Shown one piece after another: positions 8,694-18,911 of a stretch of DNA of 64,000 nt (positions within the stretch are counted from its first letter, which is position 1; each line of letters starts with the position of its first letter). The stretch lies in the NCBI GenBank assembly GCA_963807605.1, contig CAWECG010000003.1, forward strand, positions 928,001 to 992,000. Reading direction: 5' to 3'. The notes beneath the pieces are model-generated. The model did not search any database, had not been told where the DNA came from, and worked only from the letters and a program-made list of their open reading frames with translations. Origin of the DNA: Candidatus Bathyarchaeota archaeon (lineage in GTDB: Archaea > Thermoproteota > Bathyarchaeia > 40CM-2-53-6 > RBG-13-38-9). The position numbers and the translations under genes are program-made.

Positions 8694-11048
8694 TTGACTA
8701 GGAAACAGCTTCATCTGAAACTAGAAGAAGTAAAGACTGATCTCGCTGAAATCAGAGGCTTGGAAATAGCCATCGGCAGCATTATTGAGGAGAAGTGGGC
8801 TGAGCCGATGGGCCCGACCCAATACCCATCTCTGACCACTCTAAGAGAGTGGGACTTGAAACTACTTAAGAAATACAAGCCGATGTATCTTCCGTATTGC
8901 GATTCCTGCTGCCTCTGCACAATGGGCAAATGCGATTTAACCAGAGGCAAGAGAGGCGCATGCGGCTTAGACATGTCAGCGCAACAATCACGCATCGTTT
9001 TACTGGCCTGCACGATAGGCGCCGCAACACATACTGGACATGCAAGGCACCTAGTGGATCATCTCATTGGCAAGTACGGCCAAGGATATCCAATAGACGT
9101 CGGAAGATCAGTTGGCATAGAAGTTGAGGCCCCCATTACCCGGCTAGTGTGCGGAGTCAAACCAAGAACTCTTGGAGACTTGGAAGATGCTTTGGGCTAC
9201 CTTGAGACTCAGGTAACTCACCTTTTGGCGGCTACCCATACGGGACAGGAAGGAAACGAGCTGGATTTTGAGTCAAAGGCATTCCACGCGGGAATGATCG
9301 ATCAGGTTGGAATGGAGATTGCTGACATCGCGCAGACCTCGACTCTCGGCTTTCCAAAGGCTGACCCTGAAGCACCTTTAGCAGAGATAGGTCTTGGAAC
9401 CGTTGATGCGTCTAAACCAGTAATTCTAGTAATTGGACATAACGTTCCACCAGCAGCCGAGATAATCGATTATCTAGACAGAAACGGCCTCTCCAACAAA
9501 GTTGAAGTCACAGGAATATGCTGCACCGCTCTTGACCTTACAAGATACAATCAGAAGGCTAAGATAATAGGACCTATCTCATGGCAACTACGATACATCA
9601 GAAGTGGGATTCCAGATACCATAGTTGTCGATGAGCAATGCATCAGAGCCGATGTACTGATAGAAGCCCAGAAACTCAATATTCCAGTAATAGCTTCCTC
9701 CGAAAAGAATTGCCTCGGATTAAAGGACAGGACTCTAGATCCAGCTGATGAGATAACAACCGATCTCACAAGCGGGAGGGCCCAAGGCGCATTTATTCTT
9801 GCCCCGGGGAAAGTTGGTGAAGTTGCTGCCAGGACCGCTATTGGGGTAGCTCCTAAACGTTTGAAGTTCAAAACCATCCCAGACATGGCTGACATCATTA
9901 AGGGAGCAAAGAGGTGCGCTCAATGTAATGATTGCAGAAGGGCTTGCCCCAACGACTTGCCAATCCCAGAGGCTCTCAGTGAGGCAGCTTCAGGAAACAT
10001 GAGTAGACTATCAGATCTGTACGATGTTTGCATCGGCTGTGGTAGATGCGAAAGTGCTTGTCCAAATAGTATTCACATACATACTTTCATAGCTAGGTCG
10101 GCTGAGAAGGAGATCAAAGAGGAGAAGTCTAAGATCAGGGTTGGTAGGGGCGCCATACAAGATGTGGAGATAAGAAATGTCGGCGCACCTATCGTCCTAG
10201 GCGAGATACCAGGTGTGATAGCACTAGTTGGATGTGCAAACTATCCCAATGGTGGAAGAGAAGTAGCAGAAATAGCAAGCGAGTTCATCAAGCGCCGGTA
10301 TATCGTTGTATCTTCTGGATGCTCAGCCATGTCTATAGCGATGGAAAAGGATGAGGAAGGTAAGTCATTGTACGAAACGTATCCGGGCACGTTTGAAGCC
10401 GGAGGTCTGCTCAATGTGGGTTCATGTGTTGCCAATGCTCATATCGCTGGAGCAGCCGTCAAGATAGCGAACATATTTGCAAAACGTAGCTTGAGAGCCA
10501 ACTATGAGGAGATCGCGGACTATATTCACAATCGTGTAGGTGCCGTGGGCTTGGCTTGGGGTGCTATAACACAGAAAGCAGCTTCAATAGCAAGCGGTTT
10601 CTTGCGACTGGGAGTTCCAGTTGTTGTAGGACCTCACGGATCCAAGTATAGACGTGTGCTTCTGGGAAGACGAGACCGCGAAGAGGATTGGTACGTTTAT
10701 GATGCCCGTACTGGGGGTCAAGTCTACGCTGGCCCCACGCCTGAACATCTCTTCTACGTAGCCGAGACAAAGGAGGAGGCTATAGTAACGATGGCTAAAC
10801 TATGCCTGAGGCCTAACGATACCAGCAAGGGGCGGATGATAAAACTCACAAACTACATAGATCTGCATAAGAAACTTTACGGCATCATACCTGACGATCT
10901 TCACCAACTTGTACGGAGAGAGACTGACATCCCAATAACAATGAAGGACGAGATCATTAAGATCTTGGAGAAGGGCGGATGGAAAGAACAGACGATTCCA
11001 GACCCAACTCTGCTCCCAAGAATGATTAGTACGAGGAAAGCAAGATGA
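8694..11048 (+). CDS. cdhA: CO dehydrogenase/acetyl-CoA synthase alpha subunit
   Basis: PMGPT, CDSCCLCTMGKC, GHNV, GICCT, DEQC, two ferredoxin CxxCxxCxxxCP motifs, GCAN, GSCVANAH, QKA, PDPTLL. Confidence 0.96.
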   Translation: MTRKQLHLKLEEVKTDLAEIRGLEIAIGSIIEEKWAEPMGPTQYPSLTTLREWDLKLLKKYKPMYLPYCDSCCLCTMGKCDLTRGKRGACGLDMSAQQSRIVLLACTIGAATHTGHARHLVDHLIGKYGQGYPIDVGRSVGIEVEAPITRLVCGVKPRTLGDLEDALGYLETQVTHLLAATHTGQEGNELDFESKAFHAGMIDQVGMEIADIAQTSTLGFPKADPEAPLAEIGLGTVDASKPVILVIGHNVPPAAEIIDYLDRNGLSNKVEVTGICCTALDLTRYNQKAKIIGPISWQLRYIRSGIPDTIVVDEQCIRADVLIEAQKLNIPVIASSEKNCLGLKDRTLDPADEITTDLTSGRAQGAFILAPGKVGEVAARTAIGVAPKRLKFKTIPDMADIIKGAKRCAQCNDCRRACPNDLPIPEALSEAASGNMSRLSDLYDVCIGCGRCESACPNSIHIHTFIARSAEKEIKEEKSKIRVGRGAIQDVEIRNVGAPIVLGEIPGVIALVGCANYPNGGREVAEIASEFIKRRYIVVSSGCSAMSIAMEKDEEGKSLYETYPGTFEAGGLLNVGSCVANAHIAGAAVKIANIFAKRSLRANYEEIADYIHNRVGAVGLAWGAITQKAASIASGFLRLGVPVVVGPHGSKYRRVLLGRRDREEDWYVYDARTGGQVYAGPTPEHLFYVAETKEEAIVTMAKLCLRPNDTSKGRMIKLTNYIDLHKKLYGIIPDDLHQLVRRETDIPITMKDEIIKILEKGGWKEQTIPDPTLLPRMISTRKAR

Positions 11049-11587
11049 TAAGGGCTGAGCCTTGGCAGACAGCCGAGATTGCTGGCTCGATGAGAGCTCT
11101 CCCCATCACCAATCCTGAAGTTGTCGTTACCGCCGTTAAACGGTCCAAGCGCCCCGTACTGGTCGTCGGGCATGAAGCCGTCGAAGAGGACCTGACAGAC
11201 GGAAAGCCTATCGACTATGCGATTCAGATGGCTGAATTGGCGGAAGTCCCAATTGTAGCAACAGCACATATTATCGGTGAATTTTCAAAGCGGGGATTTC
11301 AGAAAGCATCTTGGATGCCTGTTGTGGACATTGCGAACAGACTAAAGGATCCCGAATGGAGAGGTCTTGATGGTCAAGGTCGATATGACCTTGCGTTATT
11401 CATGGGTCTGCAGTATTACTTAGAGTGGGTTGTACTTTCAGGGCTTAAGCACTTCGCACCTCACGTGAAGACTATATCACTGGACAGATATCACCAACCA
11501 CATGCCAATTGGTCGTTTTCAAATATGACGGTTGAAGATTGGGAACGGCAACTCAAGGCCATTGTGGTTCAACTGAAAGAGCAATGA
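11045..11587 (+). CDS. cdhB: CODH/ACS epsilon subunit
   Basis: EPWQTAEIAG, KRPVLVVG, DPEWRGLDGQGRYDL; ATGA overlap with cdhA. Confidence 0.94.
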   Translation: MIRAEPWQTAEIAGSMRALPITNPEVVVTAVKRSKRPVLVVGHEAVEEDLTDGKPIDYAIQMAELAEVPIVATAHIIGEFSKRGFQKASWMPVVDIANRLKDPEWRGLDGQGRYDLALFMGLQYYLEWVVLSGLKHFAPHVKTISLDRYHQPHANWSFSNMTVEDWERQLKAIVVQLKEQ

Positions 11588-11616
11588 AACCTTGAGCTTT
11601 ATTGGGGAGCTTTTCG

Positions 11617-11710
11617 GAAGTCTTATCTAAATCGGCTTAAGCATACGAGGATATGGCGGGTGGGTTTCCGACCCGTTCCGCCCAATAAATCCCGGAGTCG
11701 GACATGTAGT
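11617..11710 (+). promoter_or_regulatory. queT promoter and structured 5' leader (riboswitch candidate)
   Basis: TATA-like TTATCTAA 11623-11630; hairpin GGCGG/CCGCC + TGGGT/ACCCG with loop TTCCG complementary to CGGAG 11693-11697. Confidence 0.55.
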
Positions 11711-12241
11711 TTGAATCCCAGAATTGTAAAAGAGATTACAGCGACTGCTATTTTCGCGGCATTATATGCTACAGCAGTCGTTGCACTGATGCCTATCAGT
11801 TTCAGCATCTTTCAAATCAGAGTTGCTGACGCCCTACTGCCCTTGGCGATTATGTTCGGCTGGCCTACCATTGCAGGAGTGACCTTAGGAACTATTATTG
11901 CCAACTTTTTTGGAGGTTTAGGAATGATTGATGTTTTGGGAGGATCCGCGGCCAATTTTGCTGCAACATTGCTTGCTTGGCGTATAGGGCGCATGAAGGT
12001 TAAGGGTAGCTGGGTCTACGCCATCACTATGGAGGTAGTGACTGTGACCCTGATAGTGGGTACGTATTTGAGCTATTTGCTCAACCTTCCACTTGCAATC
12101 GGGTTCTCAGGGATCTTGCTGGGCAGCGTGGTTACGATAGGTGTCTTAGGATACATACTTTTGAAAACGATCTCAAGACCATCTCTGGCGGGGGTTTTGA
12201 GGTCATATGGACTAAAGCTTTATTTGAAAAGACAAGTTTGA
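11711..12241 (+). CDS. queT: QueT-family 7-deazaguanine precursor transporter (ECF S-component)
   Basis: AIFAALYA...PISFSIFQIRVADAL...GVTLGTIIANFFGGLGMIDVLGG; likely start TTG 11711 (track starts at 11660). Confidence 0.87.
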   Translation: MNPRIVKEITATAIFAALYATAVVALMPISFSIFQIRVADALLPLAIMFGWPTIAGVTLGTIIANFFGGLGMIDVLGGSAANFAATLLAWRIGRMKVKGSWVYAITMEVVTVTLIVGTYLSYLLNLPLAIGFSGILLGSVVTIGVLGYILLKTISRPSLAGVLRSYGLKLYLKRQV

Positions 12242-12274
12242 GAAAAATTCTTTTCTAAAAAGATGAAGTCTGTT

Positions 12275-13285
12275 TTATTCTGCATTAGGAGCACTTGACT
12301 TTCTAAGAGCGTCAACTGCTTTCAGAGCCCAGTCTGGATCCGCGACTAGGGCACGGCCTACTCCAACCAAATCTGCAGTCCCCCTCCTCAAAATTGTATC
12401 TGCAAATTGCGGCGTTCTTATTCCTCCCGTAGTGATAACCGGAACTCCCACAACTTGCTTAATGTGTGCTGCGAGATGTGCGAAATATCCTTCACCAGAA
12501 AGATTCGGAGGTCTAGATCCGCAGAGGCCGCCGGAAACATCGATTACTGATATTCCCAGACTGACGAGTGATTGGGCGATCTTCCGTGCCTCCTCTATCG
12601 TAAGGCCGCCAGGCTTCATGTCGTCTGCGCCCAAACGGTAGAGTATAGGAATATCCTTCCCGGCAGTTTTTAGAACTTCGGATGCAACTTCAAGTGAGAA
12701 TCGCATTCTATTCTTGACAGGACCTCCATACTTGTCAGTGCGTGTGTTTGTGATAGGGGAACAAAACTGGTTCAGAAGAAAGCCGTGGGCACCGTGGATC
12801 TCAACTGCGTCGAAACCTGCCTTGACGGCACGGCTTGAGGCAAGACCGAATTTCTTGACTATAGACTCGATCTCATCGACAGCCAGCTCACGAGGGACTT
12901 CCTTGCTTTCTGGGTCTGGGACTGGCGAGGGCGCCACTGGCTGGGTTCGACATATTCTAGAATTTGCCTTTCTACCAGCATGGTTGATCTGGATCGCAAC
13001 TGCTGTTTCTTCATCATGTACTGCCTTAACCAACTTTGACAAACCAGTGATCAGTCTATCGCTGTATATTCCAAGTTGCCTCTCTGAAAGTCTACCAATC
13101 GGATCTATGTAGCTATGCTCAACAATTACTAGACCTACGGATCTGCACCGGGCCTTGTAGTGAGCAACTAAAGCTTCAGTAACGTCGCCGGATTCTGTGG
13201 CAAGTTCTGTGGCCATCGGTGGCATAACAATTCGATTCTTAATACGGAGTTTCTGTATCGTAATGGAATCAAGAAGCGAAGCCAA
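12275..13285 (-). CDS. NADH:flavin oxidoreductase (old yellow enzyme family)
   Basis: KNRIVMPPM, QINHAGR, GFDAVEIHGAHGFLLNQF, RTDKYGG, GRALVADPDW. Confidence 0.93.
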   Translation of the reverse strand: MASLLDSITIQKLRIKNRIVMPPMATELATESGDVTEALVAHYKARCRSVGLVIVEHSYIDPIGRLSERQLGIYSDRLITGLSKLVKAVHDEETAVAIQINHAGRKANSRICRTQPVAPSPVPDPESKEVPRELAVDEIESIVKKFGLASSRAVKAGFDAVEIHGAHGFLLNQFCSPITNTRTDKYGGPVKNRMRFSLEVASEVLKTAGKDIPILYRLGADDMKPGGLTIEEARKIAQSLVSLGISVIDVSGGLCGSRPPNLSGEGYFAHLAAHIKQVVGVPVITTGGIRTPQFADTILRRGTADLVGVGRALVADPDWALKAVDALRKSSAPNAE

Positions 13286-13498
13286 TATTTTTCACGCAAA
13301 TCAGTTGATCAAACTGCAGATAAAAATCTCTTGGTAAGCAGGCTCATGACTGCTCAGCAGGCGATACTCAACGGAAAAAGACTGTTAGTTGATATCCTCC
13401 CAGCTCTATTTCACTAAGAGTAACTGTTGGAAGGCCAGTAGTCCACTCGATATATTAAGCTAAATTATGGAACGTAGTTTACCCTTTCGGGATACAGT

Positions 13499-14281
13499 AT
13501 GTCAAGCCAGACCACACAACGTTTTGTAACACTCGCAATAATTGTTACTCTTACCCTCTCAGTATGGTCAGGATACCTGTACTCTGAGACATACAGGCTA
13601 TCGCAAGATTCGAACCTGCGACTCGTCCAAGTAGAACAAGATCTTGGGGAGATGCATGTATTAGCCAATGAGGCAACCTCAAAATTGGACACAGCAAATA
13701 GGATAATCGCGGAAGCAAACATGAAATTTGACGAAGCAAACAAGACCTTAAGAGAAGCTGGGACTCTACTAACGGACATCAATAATCATGCGATAGTCAA
13801 CATCACTTCAATTTCAGTTGACCAGGAGCCACAGGTTACCTACCTTAACGGTGAAGCACTGTTAATGACGAGGCTCAGAATTAATGTGTCATCGCCCTCC
13901 AGATTTCCAGTGTATTACGAGTCCAATATCGCAGACCCCAAAGAATCAACGATCAACATAAGTCGCGGAGCATACAACTTCGAAGAGCTTACAGAAGTAA
14001 CAAATGCTCAAACAAGAACAGAATCACCGCTTTGGAACGAGAAACCCCAGACCCTAGGGACAGATACCCCGGAAGTATTCCTCTGGATTGCCTTGAGAGG
14101 CTTCGCATTTCAGAGGCAGGGAATAATCCTGACTGAGCCTAAAGAGAATGCAACAGTCACAATTGGTCTGAAGATTCAGATTCTTCAAGCACACACGGGA
14201 CTCGTCATGGATCAGACTTTAGTTCAGCTAGACTTCGAACTTGGTCCCCAAGGACAGGAAGCTGTCAGAATAGTCAAGTGA
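13499..14281 (+). CDS. Membrane-anchored coiled-coil hypothetical protein
   Basis: N-terminal TM, heptad repeats (ANEATSKLDTANRIIAEANMKFDEANK), beta-rich C-domain. Confidence 0.65.
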   Translation: MSSQTTQRFVTLAIIVTLTLSVWSGYLYSETYRLSQDSNLRLVQVEQDLGEMHVLANEATSKLDTANRIIAEANMKFDEANKTLREAGTLLTDINNHAIVNITSISVDQEPQVTYLNGEALLMTRLRINVSSPSRFPVYYESNIADPKESTINISRGAYNFEELTEVTNAQTRTESPLWNEKPQTLGTDTPEVFLWIALRGFAFQRQGIILTEPKENATVTIGLKIQILQAHTGLVMDQTLVQLDFELGPQGQEAVRIVK

Positions 14282-14299
14282 GAGTTACGCACGCGTCTA

Positions 14300-14621
14300 C
14301 TCTTTCCACATTGCTTACCGTAAGGAGTTCTGGCAACACAAACAGTCTAGACCTCAACATATTAGGCACATCAGAATACAGGGAGATAGGAATAACAACA
14401 AGATGGAACGATTCAACGGTGAGGTCAGAGACCGAGAGAAGGTTATGAGAGGACTAAAGACAGAGAAAACACCAATCATTTCAGGCTACCAGATATTCCA
14501 CAATTATATACGACCTCATGAAGCACTTGAGGGCAAAACCCCTGCTGAAGCTTGTGGAATTAAGGTCGAAGGAAAGAACAAGTGGCTAACAATCATAGAG
14601 AATGCTAGTAGAAGGAATTAG
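14300..14621 (+). mobile_element. DDE transposase C-terminal remnant (IS6-like)
   Basis: Frame reads HIAYRKEFW...HIRHIRIQGDRNNNKMERFNGEVRDREKVMRGLK...HNYIRPHEALEGKTPAEACGI; N-terminal part absent. Confidence 0.75.
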
Positions 14622-14629
14622 AATAACGG

Positions 14630-15100
14630 TTATTGTTTTAGTCTGTCTTCCACGACTTTACCTGTTCTAGCATCAATAATTATTAGACGCCATTGAGGAA
14701 GTTTGAATGCCGTAGAAACTGTCGGAATATGCCATTCGCCATTTACTAATTCTTCCTTCTGCACATCTTGCATCGTGTCAATTTCAGCCTTTTCTACTCC
14801 GCGTTTACTTGCTAGATACTTCAATGCAATCGCTCTAGCGTCTTCACGGCTTATCCTAATTCGATCTTTGTTCCAGAGATGAACCATTCCACCTAAGCAA
14901 ACAACCAAGACGCCTAACTCAATGCTAGTTACGTTTGTGCCACCAATAATGGAATCTAGCCTGCTTTGGGACAAGACACCTTCAACCAACGCCACAACGC
15001 TACTTATGGCGACAATCTTAGTCCATATTCCCGTCAAGAAAAGCGACCAAAAACTACAGTAGAGGACTAGCATAAAAAGCATGATTGAGTTGTCTATCAA
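14630..15100 (-). CDS. Membrane protein with PepSY-like C-terminus
   Basis: TM segments, then ISREDARAIALKYL...IIIDARTGKVV. Confidence 0.6.
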   Translation of the reverse strand: MIDNSIMLFMLVLYCSFWSLFLTGIWTKIVAISSVVALVEGVLSQSRLDSIIGGTNVTSIELGVLVVCLGGMVHLWNKDRIRISREDARAIALKYLASKRGVEKAEIDTMQDVQKEELVNGEWHIPTVSTAFKLPQWRLIIIDARTGKVVEDRLKQ

Positions 15101-15241
15101 CAGAAATTCAGCCCCTTATCCGACGAAATTTTACAACCCCAACGATCAGACGAAGACTTGACAGAACCCAGCGCGCACAATATTTATTAGAATGACTTGG
15201 TCTGCTAATAGCAAGCTCCATATCAGGGTCCTCCACAGCTC

Positions 15242-15538
15242 ATGGTGAGGAGCTTTTTCTCCGCGGAGGAGCGGTTGCTCCGATTGAGTAAGGAAATTAA
15301 AAAGAAAGACTTCATCCTAGAACACGAGCTTGTTCCAAAGCATTCAATATTGCCAAAGAAGGAGATAACAGAACTCCTCGAAAAATACCGGATCAAGCCC
15401 TACCAGCTTCCATCCATACGCGCCTCAGATCCAGCTGTATTAGCCATCGAAGCGAAGCCGGGGGACATACTGAAGATAGTTAGGAAAAGCTCAACCGCCG
15501 GAGAGATAGTCGTTTACCGTTACGTAGTTGAAGATTAA
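15242..15538 (+). CDS. rpoH: RNA polymerase subunit H (Rpo5)
   Basis: [42 protein letters not shown]; true start probably TTG 15275 or 15284. Confidence 0.96.
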   Translation: MVRSFFSAEERLLRLSKEIKKKDFILEHELVPKHSILPKKEITELLEKYRIKPYQLPSIRASDPAVLAIEAKPGDILKIVRKSSTAGEIVVYRYVVED

Positions 15539-15554
15539 GAATAGGATGGAATAA

Positions 15555-18500
15555 TTGTTGACATCTGAGTCTGAATATTATCTTTGGAATTTAATGAAGA
15601 GCTTCATCAAGGAGACAGGTCTCGTAAGGCAACATATAGACTCCTACAACGAATACATCGAGTCTGGCCTCCAGTCCATAATAGATGAAGTCAGCGAAAT
15701 CCCCATAGAGGTTGAGGAGAACCCCTTCACTATCAAGCTCGGCAAGATCGAGATCGGAACTCCCAGAGTCATGGAGGTTGACGGCTCAGAAAGAAGAGTC
15801 TATCCAGCAGAGGCAAGAATAAGAAACCTGACGTATGCGGCACCTTTGCATCTCGAGATGACTCCAGTCGTAGGGGAGAAAGAAGGTTCTACAGAGCTCG
15901 TTTACATAGGCGACCTGCCGGTAATGCTCAAGTCCGCAATCTGCCCACTCTCAAGATTGACACCTGAAGAGCTTATTGCGATTAGTGAAGACAAACTCGA
16001 CCCCGGCGGATACTTCACAATCAACGGGTCTGAGCGGGTTGTCGTCGCTCTTGAAGACTTGGCTCCAAACCGTGTTCTGGTAGATGTTGAGAAGGTAGGC
16101 TTGAATCCTAACTATAAGGCCAAGATCTTCTCAACGACGGTTGGGTTTAGGGCACGAATAGAGGTCACTATGAAAACCGACGGCGTCATCTACGTCTCCA
16201 TGCCTGGGATGCCAGCAGATATCCCCTTCGTCGTAATTATGAAGGCTCTCGGAATTGAGGCCGACGTAAAAATAGCTGAGCTGGTCTCCGTCGATGATGA
16301 GATTCAAAACGAACTTGAGGACTCATTCGAGAAGGCTCTTGACGTAACATCTAGTCAAGATGCGTTCCTATTTATAGGAAACAGACTTGCCCCCGGACAG
16401 ATAGCCGAATACAGGCTAAAGAAAGCCGAAGCAGTCATTGATAGGAACTTTCTCCCACACTTAGGAAGATTGCCAGCTGATAGAGACCAGAAAGCCTACT
16501 TCCTAGCCGAGATTGTAAACAGAATAGTAGAGCTGAAACTTGGAAGGCGACAACCTGACGATAAAGATCACTACGCAAACAAGAGACTGAAACTTGCAGG
16601 ACCATTGCTGGCAGAGCTATTCAGAATAACCTTCAGGAACCTGACCCGAGACCTCAAGTACCAACTTGAAAGGATAACAATCAGAAGACCGGCGGAACTC
16701 TCCATAGCCAACGCTGTCAGACCCGGAATAATTACCGAGAGAATACAGCATGCCATGGCAACCGGAAACTGGGTCAGAGGACGAATAGGCGTAACACAGC
16801 TACTTGACAGAACAAACTTCCCATCAACCTTGAGTCACCTGAGAAGACTTCAGTCTCCCCTAAGCAGAAGTCAACCGAACCTTGAGGCAAGAGACCTTCA
16901 CCCCACCCATTGGGGAAGACTCTGCCCCAACGAAACCCCTGAAGGATCCAATTGTGGCTTAGTCAAGAATCTGGCACTCTCAGCAATAATCTCTATCGGA
17001 ACAGACCCAAGAGCGGTAGTATCAGCACTCACAAACTTGGACCTCGTGACCTTTGAGAACGCTGATAAGAAGGTGAGGAAGAGTGGTGCCAAGGTTGTCG
17101 TCGACGGAATAATCGCAGGATACGTTACAAATCCCACAGCTTTTGTTGATAATATTCGGAGTATGAGGAGAAAGGGTGAGCTCAGTTCAGAGATAAACGT
17201 ATCCTACATACCGCCCAAGCATGAGAAGGCCAACGGCGAAGTATACGTAAATTGTGACTCGGGAAGAGTCCGCAGACCTCTCCTAACAGTCCATAACGGA
17301 AAGTCAAAGCTCACGCCCGAGATTGCTCAGAAGACGATTAGAGGAGAGACAGGATGGCCAGATCTCATCAAGGAAGGAATAGTTGAGTATCTTGATGCTG
17401 ACGAGGAAGAGGATGCGCTAATAGCTCTAAACGAATCCAAGATCAATGGCGCCACAACTCATCTTGAGATTGCCCCCTATACAATCATGGGCATCTGCTC
17501 CTCCCTTATACCCTACGCTGAACATAACCAGTCACCTAGGAACGCATACGAGTCAGCAATGGCAAAACAAGCTCTAGGAGTCTTCGCGACAAACTACGCC
17601 AACAGGGTAGATTCAAGATCCCACATACTGCACTACCCACAGGTTCCCTTGGTCAAAACCAAACCTATGGAAAGCGTAAACTTCGACGAGCGCCCCTCAG
17701 GCCAGAACTGTGTTGTGGCAGTCCTATCACTCGAAGGTTACAATATGGAAGACGCCATCATCTTGAACCGATGCTCAGTCGACCTCGGACTGTTGAGATC
17801 AACCTTCTTCAGGATCTACGAGGCCGACAGCCGGCAGTACCTAGGAGGCTTGAGGGACCGATTCGAGATCCCTGAAGCTGGAACCAGAGGATACAGAGGT
17901 GACCGGTACTACAGACTTCTTGAAGAGGATGGGATAATCTCCGTGGAAGCCCCAGTCTCAGGAAACATGGTTTTGATCGGCAGAGTCAGCCCACCTAGAT
18001 TCCTTGAGGAATACCGAGACTTCGAAGTCAGAGGACCGACTAAGAGAGACTCCTCTATCTGTATGCGACCCTCAGAATCAGGAATAGTAGATCAAGTCTT
18101 TATGACAGAATCGATCGAAGGTAACAAACTCGTAAAGGTAAAAGTCAGAAATCAAAGAGTTCCTGAATTAGGCGACAAGTTTGCATCCCGACACGGTCAG
18201 AAGGGAGTCATAGGACTACTCGTCCCGAAGGAAGATATGCCATTCTCTGAGAGTGGGATCGTACCAGATATTGTCATAAATCCACATGCAATACCGTCTA
18301 GAATGACAGTTGGCCAATTCGTTGAATCCATAGCTGGAAAAGTAGCCGCAATGATGGGAGTTCCCATAGATGGTACACCCTTCAGCAACGATGAGCCCTC
18401 AACCCTCCAAGAGAATCTCCTGAAGCTCGGCTTGGACTACAATGGCCGAGAGGTATTCTACAACGGAATGAGCGGGAAGAAACTCGAAGCGGATGTTTTC

Positions 18501-18909
18501 ACTGGTGTCGTCTACTATCAGAAACTCCACCACATGGTAGCCGATAAGATGCACGCAAGAGCGCGTGGCCAAGTACAGATGTTAACTAGGCAACCCACCG
18601 AGGGCAGGGCCAGAGGTGGCGGTCTGAGGTTCGGTGAGATGGAGAGAGACTGTCTCATCGGCCATGGCGCATCTGCGCTTCTAAGGGATAGGTTGCTTGA
18701 GGAGTCTGACCGCTACACAGCAATGGTATGTGAGAAGTGCGGATTGATGGCATACTACGACTCACGACAGAACAAATACATCTGTAGGGTCTGCGGTGAA
18801 AAGACTTCAATCGCACCTGTATCGATTCTCATACGCCTTCAAGCTCCTGATACAGGAGCTGATGTCTTTGGGAGTTGCGCCCAGAATTCTCGTTGAGGAG
18901 CGTGCGTAA
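15555..18909 (+). CDS. rpoB: RNA polymerase subunit B (undivided Rpo2), +1 frameshift near 18826
   Basis: GDKFASRHGQKG, GGLRFGEMERD; conserved end SYAFKLLIQELMSLGVAPRI lies in the +1 frame and stops at TAA 18907-18909, 2 nt before rpoA. Confidence 0.96.
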
Positions 18910-18911
18910 GG

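Noticed and set aside
11660-11710. N-terminal extension of QueT from GTG 11660
   Set aside because: The extension is not QueT-like and lies within the hairpin; TTG 11711 fits the family start better
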